A stretch of 62,998 nt of DNA, counting the filler, from Collodictyon triciliatum (Eukaryota): the NCBI GenBank assembly GCA_043381765.1. It is 56 parts of 56 records of this genome, joined end to end, with 100 filler letters (N's around TTAATTAATTAA, not from the genome) between each part and the next. Parts side by side here need not be neighbours in the genome. Positions count along the whole stretch, not along the records: positions 50,758 to 51,780 come from JBHJMP010012666.1; positions 51,881 to 52,903 come from JBHJMP010012667.1; positions 53,004 to 54,026 come from JBHJMP010012668.1; positions 54,127 to 55,149 come from JBHJMP010012669.1; positions 55,250 to 56,270 come from JBHJMP010012670.1; positions 56,371 to 57,392 come from JBHJMP010012671.1; positions 57,493 to 58,514 come from JBHJMP010012672.1; positions 58,615 to 59,636 come from JBHJMP010012673.1; 48 more parts are not named here. One strand, written 5' to 3'. The stretch's first letter is position 1. Each line of letters opens with the position of its first letter. Below are positions 50,658 to 62,998 of this stretch, piece by piece. Below the pieces are notes generated by a model. It was not told the DNA's origin, did not search any database, and worked only from the letters and a program-made list of their open reading frames with translations. The translations under genes and the position numbers were made by a program.

Positions 50658-51625
50658 NNNNNNNNNNNNNNNNNNNNNNNNNNNNNNNNNNNNNNNNNNN
50701 NTTAATTAATTAANNNNNNNNNNNNNNNNNNNNNNNNNNNNNNNNNNNNNNNNNNNNAAAAAAACAAAAAAACAAAAAAACAAAAAAACAAAAAAACAAA
50801 AAAACAAAAAAACAAAAAAACAAAAACAAAAAAACAAAACAAAACAAAACAAAAACAAAACAAAAACAAAAACAAAAAAAACATAATAAAACGAAACAAA
50901 AACAAAAACAAAACACAGGACTTTCAGAATCGCATTAAGGAAAAAGGTGGGCGCATCGGCAACACCACAATAGAGCGACTGAAATCCGCCGGCCACTTCG
51001 GCCCGTATACTCCAAAGCCGCGCTCCACAAAAGCAGACTCTGTTTCAGCAAACCAATCAACCGACGACTCCCGAAACGACACGGATGAAGCATATCACAT
51101 GTGATGATGATGGTGATAATGATTTATTGATATCTTTTGGAGGCAACTGTGAAACAATGACCTCCTGCTCTTCAACGGTCCCAAAAAGATCTACAATCAT
51201 GAAGCGTAACATCGTAATAGCGAAGAAATGACAAACGAGAAAGTTAAAGAGAAAAGGATGAGCAAAGAAAAAAATAGTTAAATGCAGATTCTCTAATCAA
51301 TAAATTAATGCATAATCCATTCTGCTGAATGTACAATCGATATTTGACCAATCACGTATCGCCTTTCTTTTCTTTCTTCTTTCTTCCATGAATTAACTAA
51401 CTCATTTCGTTTGTATTTCATTTAGAATAATGTTCCTTTCAATGGGGGTTTTATTACATTTTTTTTTTTTTGCTTCCTTGTAGCTTTACTAACATGTTGC
51501 AGCTTTTAAATATATATTAGCAAATCTAAGGTAACTTTCTTTACACATCACTCCGATAGTTTATTTCTATAATTTTACAAAAGAGTGAATTCAATACGTA
51601 AACAAATAACTCATCTTGAAACACG

Positions 51626-51736
<111 letters not shown>

Positions 51737-52253
51737 CAAGAGGCAGATATAAACGACTAATGAGACAACAACCAAAACACNNNNNNNNNNNNNNNNNNNN
51801 NNNNNNNNNNNNNNNNNNNNNNNNTTAATTAATTAANNNNNNNNNNNNNNNNNNNNNNNNNNNNNNNNNNNNNNNNNNNNAAAAAAAAAAAGAAAAAAAG
51901 AAAAAAAGAAAAAACAGAAAAAACAGAAAAAAACAGAAAAAACAGAAAAAACAGAAAAAAACAGAAAAAACAGAAAAAAACAGAAAAAACAGAAAAAAAC
52001 AGAAAAAAACAGAAAAAACAGAAAAAAACAGAAAAAAACAGAAAAAACAGAAAAAACAGAAAAAACAGAAAAAACAGGAAAAAACAGAAAAAACAGAAAA
52101 AAACAGAAAAAAACAGAAAAAAACAGAAAAAACAGAAAAAAACAGAAAAACAGAAAAACAGAAAAAAACAAATAAAAATAAAAAGAACTAATCGATTTGT
52201 TGTGATATGTATCGATACGTTAGCATCTATCACCATGCTTTTGAGAATCAAAC

Positions 52254-52810
52254 CTGTATATTTTTCATTCGCAAAACGAATCATATCAGGCAAGGCATCG
52301 ACACCCAGTACAAATCCTCCCTCGGGAATCAGCTTTACAATTCTGGCCGTATGTTCTCCGTCCCCACTATTTTTTAAATGAAATAATCAACATCTTACGA
52401 ATGAAACTTGAGCAAAAGCTTCCACGGTGTGTGATAAAAGTGCAAAACAATGGATACCATCATTCACGCAGCATATATAGAGAAAAAGAAGAACACTAAA
52501 ACGCAATAATCGAACATGATTGATGTATGATATAAGGAAGAGGCGACCAACCAGCCAAGGTCGATAACGCGTGCGTTGGGTGGGACATGTATCTTGGCCA
52601 GCGCTTCATTGACAAAGCCGTTTTGTACACTCTTGTTTTTTGCATAGAGCTGCGGGTCGATGCGTAGAAATCATATACCAAAGTTGCGGGAGTTTGGAAG
52701 AAAGAAGAAAGTAGATAAATGCAAGGCAAAAGAGTAACAACAGAGTAAATGAGAAGCCTCCTCACATTAGGGTCCCAGACCAAAGTCGCCTTCGCAGGAT
52801 CGGACTCCAT
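52254..52810 (-). CDS. Class I SAM-dependent methyltransferase (trans-aconitate MTase-like), N-terminal exons
   Basis: MESDPAKATLVWDPN|LYAKNKSVQ...RVIDLGC|GDGEHTARIVKLIPEGGFVLGVDALPDMIRFANEKY. Confidence 0.88.
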
Positions 52811-54460
52811 ATCTCTTTACTATAGTTCACAGAAAAGTTCTTTGAGAAAAAAAAAAACAAAAAACAAAAAACAAAAAACAAAAAACAAAAAACAAAAAAC
52901 AAANNNNNNNNNNNNNNNNNNNNNNNNNNNNNNNNNNNNNNNNNNNNTTAATTAATTAANNNNNNNNNNNNNNNNNNNNNNNNNNNNNNNNNNNNNNNNN
53001 NNNAAAAAAAAAACAAAAAAAAAACCAAAAAAAAACCAAAAAAAACCAAAAAAAACCAAAAAAAACCAAAAAAAACAATCATTGTCCTCACCTCACCAAA
53101 TATCTCCTTTAGAAAAAATTGCCTCAAATAAAATCATCGCGTAAATTGATTATACCAGGTATGCTGTACTATAATTGCTCTATTTATTATTAATATTATT
53201 TAAAGAAAAGAACAACGATCAATAAATAAATGAATTAAAATAAACAGCAGAATAGTTAAAGATTAGCACTTTGTTGCGAAACAGGAAAACAAAATGAAAT
53301 GATTTCTGTCGTTATTATGCCAAACTTTTTCTTACCCCAGCCCCTGTGGCACCTGACGAGAATCTATCGGGCTCTGGAGAACTCGACCTGAAGGAAATCG
53401 AGACAGATGGAAATCTTCACCATCCTACGCTTGACCGTGCAGCCCCACAAAACCGCAGACCGCCATCAAAGATGCCTCGCTCAGAGTCTTCAACCGCAAC
53501 ACTTCTGCAGACCGTCGAGAACTAACAGAGCTCTGACTGCAACAAATAATTCAAGAATGACAGACAAAGATAATAAATTTGAGTTAAACACATTTTTAGA
53601 CGCATAATAAAAAAGGACATAGAAAATCACATACATAAATTGACAATCAACTGAAGATGTAAACACGAAATCAAATGTAAAAGCGATTATATGAATGCAT
53701 ATGCGATATAGTGAAAGTTGAAAAAAGGTCGCGACTCCGCAGCACAACGCAGGCTTATTGACCGAATATAAACATATCTGGAAAATAAGAAATCCGATCA
53801 AAACATGCAGAAAAAGAAAAGTAGAAAGACATCCGCACTGTAGAATCAAGGCTGATTCCGGCAGGGCCAACCCGCTGGAGCACAGCGAGAAACGCAGCAG
53901 GAATCTATGTCACACACAAAGGCAAACCAAAAACCAAAAAACCAAAAAACCAAAAAACCAAAAAACCAAAAAACCAAAAAACCAAAAAACCAAAAAACCA
54001 AAAAACCAAAAAACCAAAAAACCAAANNNNNNNNNNNNNNNNNNNNNNNNNNNNNNNNNNNNNNNNNNNNTTAATTAATTAANNNNNNNNNNNNNNNNNN
54101 NNNNNNNNNNNNNNNNNNNNNNNNNNGGTTGGTTTTTTTGTTGTATTTTTTTTTTTTTGCTATCTTCTATATATTAATTTATCAGCTGTGAATCAAACAT
54201 TCTTTCTCATGAATACCCTCACGAACACCATCATTATTATAATTGTTGTTATTATTAAACAAAACAATGGATGTAATAATTTTATTTGCATGCTTTTCTT
54301 TTGTTGGATTTCCGTTTATTTTAATTTTTATTTTCGTTTTGGAGGGTTCGCTCCATTGATTTTGTTGAATATGAACATACACACTTGAAATAGAGGCATT
54401 TAATTCACCACTTGTTTTGATATAATTATGATTGCTATTTATTTGTCGAGAAAAGATAAG

Positions 54461-55098
54461 TTTGGGCGGCGGTCTTCCCAATCCCGAAGCATTCCCGTTT
54501 TCCGGGTTCACGGCAACTTTGAAGAATGGCGAAAAAATCGAGTTGACCTCCGAGCAGGTCAACACATCTCTGCAATACTCTGCCACGGTAGGTTTCTGAA
54601 TGGTGATATATATATTCTATATATTGCAGTGAATTGTTCTTTTAATGATTTCGCTGGATATATCAAATCTTACTGAATTTACATTGAAATATATTGGTAT
54701 ATACATCCGACTTGGGGGTTGTGCATATTTTCATAGGCTTTATTCATGTGCATGTATTTTTTGAAAGATTTAATTTGAGCCTTGTATGATTTATATGTAT
54801 ATATATACATATATACATTTCGATGCGATTATACAATTTTTTCTCATTCGATTCGCTCTTTTTCGCGGTACATTGACATCTTTATATTCATTCGCGTTCG
54901 CCTCCGCCACCATCGATCTTGGTTGTATTGGTACTTTTTTTTTATTGCTTTTATTCATTTATTATCATCGTGCAGCAAGGAGTCCCAGAGCTTGTAGTGA
55001 AGATTAAAGACCTTCAAAGGAGATATCACGCACCGCAACACTCGGCACAAGACTGGGATATTCACATCACCAACGGCAGTCAGGATGCCTTGACTAAA
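54461..55098 (+). CDS. AADAT: Kynurenine/2-aminoadipate aminotransferase (AADAT/Aro8-like), internal exons
   Basis: LGGGLPNPEAFPF...SLQYSAT|QGVPELV...LQRRYHAP...WDIHITNGSQDALTK. Confidence 0.88.
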
Positions 55099-55526
55099 GT
55101 GAGCAGAAAGCCTATTCATTATAGATTGATTGTTAAAGTGATTTTTTAANNNNNNNNNNNNNNNNNNNNNNNNNNNNNNNNNNNNNNNNNNNNTTAATTA
55201 ATTAANNNNNNNNNNNNNNNNNNNNNNNNNNNNNNNNNNNNNNNNNNNNGCTGAGTCCGGCGTCGCTGCGGTTGGAGAGTGGCCGAAATTCTGCAATCAG
55301 AAACTGGAGAATGCACATTGGAAAATGGATTGTCGAGACTTTATTATGGATTCTTTGGTTATTGAAAAGCTGAAAAAATGCTCAAGTGTTTTCTATTGTT
55401 GCAATTGATAATGGAGAAAATAAGAGACTCTTAATGATAATAATGGTTGTATTAATGGGATACTCACCCGAAGTCCTTCGCGTCTGCACATGGACAGGAA
55501 TATGCTGAGTCTCGTGTCCGCGACTC

Positions 55527-56270
55527 GACTTTGTTGCTCAATAAGCAGGGTATTGGGCTTCTAATGTTCCACATAATTGACACATAATGCTATTTTCACA
55601 AGGGAAATTCATTTTTTGTGCTCTATGCATGAATAAACCTTCTATATGAATTATAATAAAAAACATCGACTAATGTATGTGCAAGTGCAAAACAAAATGC
55701 TCAAAGTGAAGAGCAAAATAGAATATCTGATTGCACAAGACTTACGGTTTTCGCATTCGGGCATAGTGGAGAGCCTTTGCGAATTGTGTGTGTGTCCGCG
55801 ATTCGACTTCGTTGCTCAGTAAGCAGGGAATTAGGACTTCGAATGTTCCCCATAACTGACACATAATGCTATACTATTATACACAAGGATAATTCAATTT
55901 CTGTGCTCTATGCATGAATAAACCTTCTATATGAATTATAATAAAAACATCGACTAATGTATAGAGGAAAAAACCAAAGTTCTCGAAGTGAGAAATAGAC
56001 AATAAAATATCTGATTGCTTAAGACTTACGGTTTTCGTATTCCGGCATAGTGGAAAACCTTGCAGTCTTTGCGTATTGTGTGTGAAGCAGACTTTGTTAC
56101 TCAATAATCAGGGCTTTGGGCTTCGAATGATCCCCACAACTAACACATAATGCTATATTATGACAAGGAAAATTCAATTTTTGTGCTCTATGCATGAATA
56201 AACCTTCTATATGAATTATAATAAAAAAAAACATCGACTAATGTATGCACTTGCTCAAAGCAAAGTGGTC
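55527..56270. repeat. Tandem repeat, ~280-bp unit, ~2.6 copies to the contig end
   Basis: Units start near 55527, 55805 and 56090; invariant core TGTGCTCTATGCATGAATAAACCTTCTATATGAATTATAATAAAAA. Confidence 0.88.
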
Positions 56271-57492
56271 NNNNNNNNNNNNNNNNNNNNNNNNNNNNNN
56301 NNNNNNNNNNNNNNTTAATTAATTAANNNNNNNNNNNNNNNNNNNNNNNNNNNNNNNNNNNNNNNNNNNNATGTGTGTGTATGTGTGTGTATGTGTGTGT
56401 ATGTGTGTGTATGTGTGTGTATGTGTGTGTATGTGTGTGTATGTGTGTGTATGTGTGTGTATGTGTGTGTATGTGTGTGTATGTGTGTATGTGTGTATGT
56501 GTGTATGTGTGTATGTGTATGTGTATGTGTACTACTAAGACTTACTCTTCTTTCCTCTCGCTGATTCCTCTGCCTCGGCAGGGCTATCTTGTGCTTCCTG
56601 GGGATTATGTTTTGCTTTCTGATGCCTTGGCGGCCGCTTTGTGTTATTTCTCCCTCCCTGTATTTGTTGCTGTTTGGAGTCAGGTTTTTCTTCTGATGCC
56701 GGTGCTGCGCCCACCTGCTGAAAGAGTTAGCTTCATCACAAACTATTTAAAAGATAGCTGTATATTATATGATTTGTTTGGCTGAGCTTCTCCTCACCTC
56801 GACATCGTCTGCGGAAAGAATGTCTGGGTATGCATCACTTGAACATATACAGGAAAATTCAAGGCCATAAGGTCAGTTTATGTAGCAGAAAAGAGAATAG
56901 GATTGATGAGAACATATGTTAAATCGTATAATATATTTGATGCTGACCTGTCTGCAATTCCTCGATGAACTGAATGGTGGATAGAAGAACTAGAAGTGAC
57001 TCTGGTCTCACTATCACTTACATCTGTTAAATGGTCAAACCCGACTATCAACTTGGAGTGAAGTGCATGGGGATTTATTTGCACGGCCGATTCATGGTCA
57101 TGAGAAACGGCATGTGCAAATCTTCCTGCGGCCACGTTCTCTCTTGAAAATTCTCCTGGGATACGGACTCTATCACCTGATTAAATAGTCAAACGTACAA
57201 TACTTATGACAAAACATAAAAAGCAACTATACGGGTATCATATCCGGTAGTAAAGCTTTTTTTTTTTAAAAAAAAAAAACGACATTTATGACCAATCTTT
57301 GTCTTAGTCCCATTTTCGTTTCGTTTCGTTTCGTTTTGTTTTGTTTTGTTTTGTTTTGTTTTGTTTTGTTTTGTTTTGTTTTGTTTTGTTTTNNNNNNNN
57401 NNNNNNNNNNNNNNNNNNNNNNNNNNNNNNNNNNNNTTAATTAATTAANNNNNNNNNNNNNNNNNNNNNNNNNNNNNNNNNNNNNNNNNNNN

Positions 57493-57975
57493 GTGGGTCA
57501 GTCTGAACGGCTTCAGCTCCTCACGAAGGAGTTGCGGCCACACGTCCAGCGGTAGTTGGTAGAGCATCACCGAGGTCTCTGTTGGTTTACTTCTAGCGAA
57601 GCTGGTTATAATATCTCTCAAACTTACCTGCTTCAGCTCCAGAAGCTTTCGGGTGTTTTCTGCAGAGCGGAGGGCGACAAGGAAAAGGCCTTCGTTTACC
57701 AGTAAGCACAGTTGGATGGGCTCTTCCCAAAGTTTGGTCGCTTTCAAGAAGGAGGCGAGCGCATCTGTGAGCCTGCATGCCTTGTTCTTGTTGTAAACGA
57801 CTTGCTCAACCCCGTGCAAAAATACTTCTGCTCAGACAGACTTGCAGGCGGCTTCCTTGCACGGGTCTTCCTAGTCGTACGTGCAACCCAGGTTTTTCCG
57901 CGCCAGCGTTGGAACCAGAAGAACTGGCTGCAACTTGCAAAACCTTCGACGGGTAGCGGCTTGTGTTTTCCATCA
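57493..57975 (-). mobile_element. Probable L1/Tx1-type LINE ORF1 (RRM region), frameshifted
   Basis: GLFLVALRSAENTRKLLELKQVSL...TSVMLYQLPLDVWPQLLREELKPF resembles ORF1p (F.V.F.S......LL ... T.V.L..LP.DV....I...L..F); intronless. Confidence 0.6.
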
Positions 57976-60477
57976 GGTTCGAGATGCTTGATTGAAAGTT
58001 GGTAGAAGTGAACAATAACTTTTTTCTTGGGATTTTTTTTCCACGTCAGATTACGACTCCAACTCTAACCAACGAGTTTTATTCGGCTCCACCGTTGGGC
58101 TGCAGAGCATCGGCCATACGAATCTTCCAAGGAGAACAAGCAATCCCAGACACCCCGAGAAGACGACGCCTATTCAGTCAACAAGCAAACGAAAATACTC
58201 AACATAGATTTGTCGAGCGTCTTGTATTCTAGGAAATAAATACGTCCTTCTCTTCTCTTTTCTTTTCTTATTTCTTCTTCTTTTCTTCTATTTCTTCATC
58301 TTTTCGAACTGTATCGTGTTTCCGCACCTCCTTAAAAGCGCTAGTGCAGGTTGGTTGTGACTGATATAAAAAAATGCTAGTGACTTCATGGGCGCGGGAC
58401 GCAATATGCTTTTGGGTATTATATGCGCTGTTCTTGGTTGTGCATCTGTCAGCGCCTCCCTAGGAAGTATAAACTATGGCTTATAGTTGGTTAAAAAAAA
58501 AAAGAAAAAGAAAANNNNNNNNNNNNNNNNNNNNNNNNNNNNNNNNNNNNNNNNNNNNTTAATTAATTAANNNNNNNNNNNNNNNNNNNNNNNNNNNNNN
58601 NNNNNNNNNNNNNNAAAAAAAAAAAAAAAAAAAAAAAATAAAAAAATTAAAAAGGAGAAAAAAAAAAAAAAAAAAAAAAAAAAGAAAGGAAAGGAAAGCC
58701 TCTTTTGTCGCCTATTCCACACCCCAACACGACCGGCCCTTTCTCATCCTGACTCACTCACCTGCCCACTCACTTACCCACTGCCTCTCGAGTTATCTGT
58801 CTTTTTACGCACCATAGCGTGTCTGACTTGCAGACTTTGCGAGCCTCGGCTGCTCGGAGATGGACGGACGAGTTGTGAATTAAGCGGCTTTGTTGGCAAT
58901 AAAAGCGGGAAAAGTATTCACAGCCAAAAGTGGAACATGGCGGACTTTGCCTCCAGGATTGAGGGCCGAATTTACAGGTGTCGAATTGGTCGGCGATATC
59001 TTTCGTTGTTATTCACAGGACAACAGCCCGCGTCTATAAATCAAACTACTTTGCAAATGTGAAGGCTTTATGTATTACTATTATTTGGTTCTTCGCGTTA
59101 ATTAATTTTTTTTTATAGCCGTGTCGCCAAAAAAAAAAAAAAAAAGATTCCCAAATAGAACTAACATAGCATATCTCATGGAATGTTATCTAGCCCTCGC
59201 CAAAACAGAAGCAACTAATGTACCTAATATCTTATTCGCTTGTGCTCATGGTAAATTTGTCGTTTCATTAAGTGATGTAGAGCTCGAGGCAATTATCTAT
59301 TTTTGTAATCATATTATCATGTATACATAACCTAGGAATCGCACCTTTTTAATTTTTCAAAAATATTATATTCAAATTATGATGAAGCAGAAACGCAATA
59401 TTGTTTTGATTTTAAAAAAATTCAAATCAGGCAATGAAACAAAAACCATCGCCCTGCAAGAAAAATCAGTTAATCAGTATTCTTTCGAGTGTCTCAAGCC
59501 AATAATTATAGGTAACTCAGTGCAACCTATGCATGCGCATGTGTATGTATGTATGTATGTATGTATGTATGTATGTATGTATGTATGTATGTATGTATGT
59601 ATGTATGTATGTATGTATGTATGTATGTATGTATGTNNNNNNNNNNNNNNNNNNNNNNNNNNNNNNNNNNNNNNNNNNNNTTAATTAATTAANNNNNNNN
59701 NNNNNNNNNNNNNNNNNNNNNNNNNNNNNNNNNNNNCATTATTCACACAACTCACGTTTTACGTTTTACGTTTTACAACTCACGTTTCACGTTTTACAAT
59801 TTACACCTCGTAACGGAAAGTCCAAATTTATTGTATAGATATGTAAGAAGCCCGTGTAACATCAAATAGTTAGCTTGCTTTTACTTTTGGAAAGAACGAA
59901 TTGAACTCTATCTCCTCCACATCATTGACGTAATCCAAAAATAAGACTGACAACGGTAATTCAACAGCATAGTTGGAATAATCTTGTACATAACCATCAG
60001 TTTTTTTCCTGTATGAATTAATGTTCTTATGTTGTAAACAGTCATAAAACACAAAAAAGATACATAAACGTGTTCGTACATCCAGAGAGAAGGGACGAAT
60101 ATCAATGTAAGTCAGTCTTCTCGTACGGTGCAGATCCTTAACTATTGAGGTGAATTTCATAGGCCCAAGCTCAATCGACATAGAATATTTAGTTGCATTG
60201 TGTGCAAATGGTAATGGTGCAGAGCGCTACGTGAAGTGACTATTGAGTCTTACTCGAGTCAAGGTTAGCAAAAATTTCGAAATTCATATATATAGTACAT
60301 TAATATCATTTAAGTATCGTACAAGACGGCTAGCTTTAAGTTATTTAAACATAAATGCGATTTGGAAAATGCGTCGAAATTCTGTAAAATAAAAAGTCGT
60401 TGCACAATAGTGTTATTACTTTAAGAAATGCTGCCAAGATTAATATTCATTACTGTGGTAATTTATTGAGAAACAGA

Positions 60478-60757
60478 ATCGAGGAAATCGCCTTCGCCTC
60501 TAGAATGAAAATAAGCTGTCGACAAGGCAGTGGAAAACCCCGGATTGTGTGGTTGGAGATTTTGTGTTTTGGTTGGGTGGAAGAAAAGATAAATATAAAT
60601 AAATACAGAAATAAGAGCAAGAGTTCTCTCAAGCAGACTATTCTACTCGGGGAGAATCAGCTCCAACGCGATTTCTGGTTGTATTCGAGACTGACAGAAG
60701 AGCGGATAAAGTTGTCAGGTCGATGAAAGTACGCACATGGCAGTTACTTCTCAAATC
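60478..60757 (+). repeat. Dispersed repeat, copy 2 (homologous to 38722-39025)
   Basis: Same two blocks in the opposite orientation. Confidence 0.85.
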
Positions 60758-60857
60758 NNNNNNNNNNNNNNNNNNNNNNNNNNNNNNNNNNNNNNNNNNN
60801 NTTAATTAATTAANNNNNNNNNNNNNNNNNNNNNNNNNNNNNNNNNNNNNNNNNNNN

Positions 60858-61722
60858 TTCCTCGCCAATCACCCTTTCGGTATGTAAGATAAAAATAACA
60901 TTTAGAATATTTTTTATTGGATTTTATAATATCACTGTGGATTATTAACGAGGAGAAAATGAAATGGGTGTATTTTTTTTTTTTTTTAGTCCGTCCCATG
61001 GGTCCAATGTTCACCTGAATGATGAGGAGGCTTTGAGATGTACCAATTGCTGTCTCTTGACATTCATAAGGAAGAAAAAAAAATTGAAAAAAATTAGAAA
61101 ATCATAAACCATATTGAGCATTAAATGCAGTACGAATTTTCATCCGTACTAACCTCAATTTTCATAGCATCCCAGCTCACTTTGAAAGACTCTGATATCA
61201 CAAAGGAACTCCCCATTAGATTTTCTCGCGAAGATCGTGAATTTTATGTTGAGATGGTATGAATATATTAATATTTATATATTATCAATGCATCGAATAA
61301 AGAATGGAATAAACTCATTTTTTTCTCATATGAGTGCAACGCATTCACTCAAATCAGAGCCACACCTGAAGTTCAAAGAAACTTGGAAATAGACACCATG
61401 CTAATAATATAACTAGATTTCACAAGATACGAACTTTCTATCATCTCGGGGGCTCATAGGCTACAACCTTTTGATTGCCATATGTCAACCAGGGTAATTC
61501 AACTCCTGTCTTTTGCTTTTATTCACGATATCATAAAAAAAAAATATTATATTTTTAAGAAAACCACCGCCGAGATTCACCATTCGAGAAGTCATGTAGC
61601 GCTTATATGATATTATTCTAGAGTCTGGCTTCACCAGAGAATAATATAGAAGTAAATTTACATGTAGGAGTCGAATTCGTCCGAAATCGACACATTCTAG
61701 TGCTATGACGATGATAGAAGAA
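60858..61722 (+). CDS. PIP-kinase-like (PIP5K fold) protein, divergent, internal exons
   Basis: LTLKDSDI...FSREDREFYVEM|ISQDTNFLSSRGLIGYNLLIAI versus consensus TLKDLDF...L..D..FL....IMDYSLLLGI. Confidence 0.55.
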
Positions 61723-62123
61723 GGAACTTTTGGTAATTTAGAACTTACCTATTTATCTTGTTTCTTTTTTTTTTTCTGATATTGAATAAGTAACACATAA
61801 ATGAAAGGGGCGATGTTTTAATTCAATCAGACTACTTTTTTGGTTCATAAAATTCTATCAAAGTGCGTTTTACTATGNNNNNNNNNNNNNNNNNNNNNNN
61901 NNNNNNNNNNNNNNNNNNNNNTTAATTAATTAANNNNNNNNNNNNNNNNNNNNNNNNNNNNNNNNNNNNNNNNNNNNCAGTAAATTTAGTGAAGACATGA
62001 AGAGTTTGAAAGATAAATCATAGTCTATACCTATAAATTTAGAAAAATGGAGGAATTGATTGAGTGGGGACAATGAATGGCCTTATTTCGAAATTTTTGC
62101 TACGTTGATTAGGTTTGAACACA

Positions 62124-62998
62124 TTAAGGATGATATATTATACTCTTGAGAGACGCTAGATCGAGTGAGCAATCGGAAAATAAACTTGGAATCTTCTGAA
62201 TCATAATATCCAGGGAAAAATTGTCAAAGAAAGCAATCATCCATTTTACAGGATTTTTGGATAACAATTTATCGAATATGGATTTTTCAACCTGAGTTTT
62301 TGATGTAAATTCTTTAAGGAGGATATTAGCATATTTGGCTAAATCATACTTCATTTTCAACATGGTTTTGCACATGATAAAAGCATACCGATTCGCCTAA
62401 AAGGCATATGTAGGCGCATGTGTCCTGCTCCAGTCCGCACTCTACTACCAAAGAAGAATAGACTGAAAGGGAAAGGAAATGCCCATATCTTGACATCTCG
62501 GTCTCTACAAAGGAAATTATTCTATTTAATCGACATAGTGTTATTGTTAATATTATCACTATTTGGCATCGGCTCGATTCAATCGAACTATGTTTTTTTT
62601 TAAAAAAAAAATGCCAATTGTCAATAGAATCAACCATGGTGCGTCTTTTTCTATTTATTGCTATTCGCCCAGCCAAAACAAGACTGATACGTGCTCTGTC
62701 TTTCATTTCAAAAGAAAAAAGAAAAGAAGAAACAATTCATACGTATGGAGTTGTAATTCTACCATCGATACACATTTCTTGAGTTATCTTTGCGGTAGCA
62801 TCGTGGATGTATCGCCTAGATATCAAACGGTTGTATAGTTTGATGGAATCGTGTGTGAATTGTGTATTTAGCAAGGTTTTAAGATAATCAACCCCCAGAG
62901 CTGTGTCGGCAACTTTAGTCTCATAGTTTCTATAAAAGATAACCACAGAATCGATATTAGCAGAAATAGACAAATCGCTTGTATGAATATTAGATTCC
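62124..62998 (-). CDS. Unidentified helical protein, several exons
   Basis: Four open segments separated by short AT-rich intron-like gaps; no family recognised. Confidence 0.4.

Overview
This is not contiguous genome. It is 56 unrelated contigs of about 1.02-1.03 kb, joined by 55 artificial 100-bp linkers (N44-TTAATTAATTAA-N44, stops in all six frames), so neighbouring genes carry no linkage information. The source is an intron-rich, microsatellite-rich eukaryote, most likely a protist using the standard code, with short GT-AG introns and micro-exons; many contigs break at simple repeats. Gene fragments recognised by manual splicing and translation: axonemal dynein heavy chain C-terminus, ORC4, RPS13, CDP-DAG synthase, COG6, AIDA, myosin head, P4-ATPase, TBC Rab-GAP, cAMP-receptor-like GPCR, NHL protein, two Kelch+CUB-like paralogs, O-fucosyltransferase-like, CIAO2/MIP18, Tam-like methyltransferase, AADAT, DnaQ-like exonuclease, and a PIPK-like protein. 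Mobile DNA includes degenerate L1/Tx1-type LINE ORF1 and ORF2 pieces and a Helitron helicase relic. The most notable signal is a family of ultra-short poly(A)-tailed retro-insertions (core CTTTGAATCGAATAAAGG-An, about 18 nt) with 15-19 bp target-site duplications, 8 copies in 63 kb. Others are a ~181-bp satellite with a 5-mer higher-order repeat, a compact intronless virus-like contig, and a 1-kb hexamer array whose variation is synonymous for poly(Ser-Gln). All homology calls rest on recalled motifs; no database search was run.
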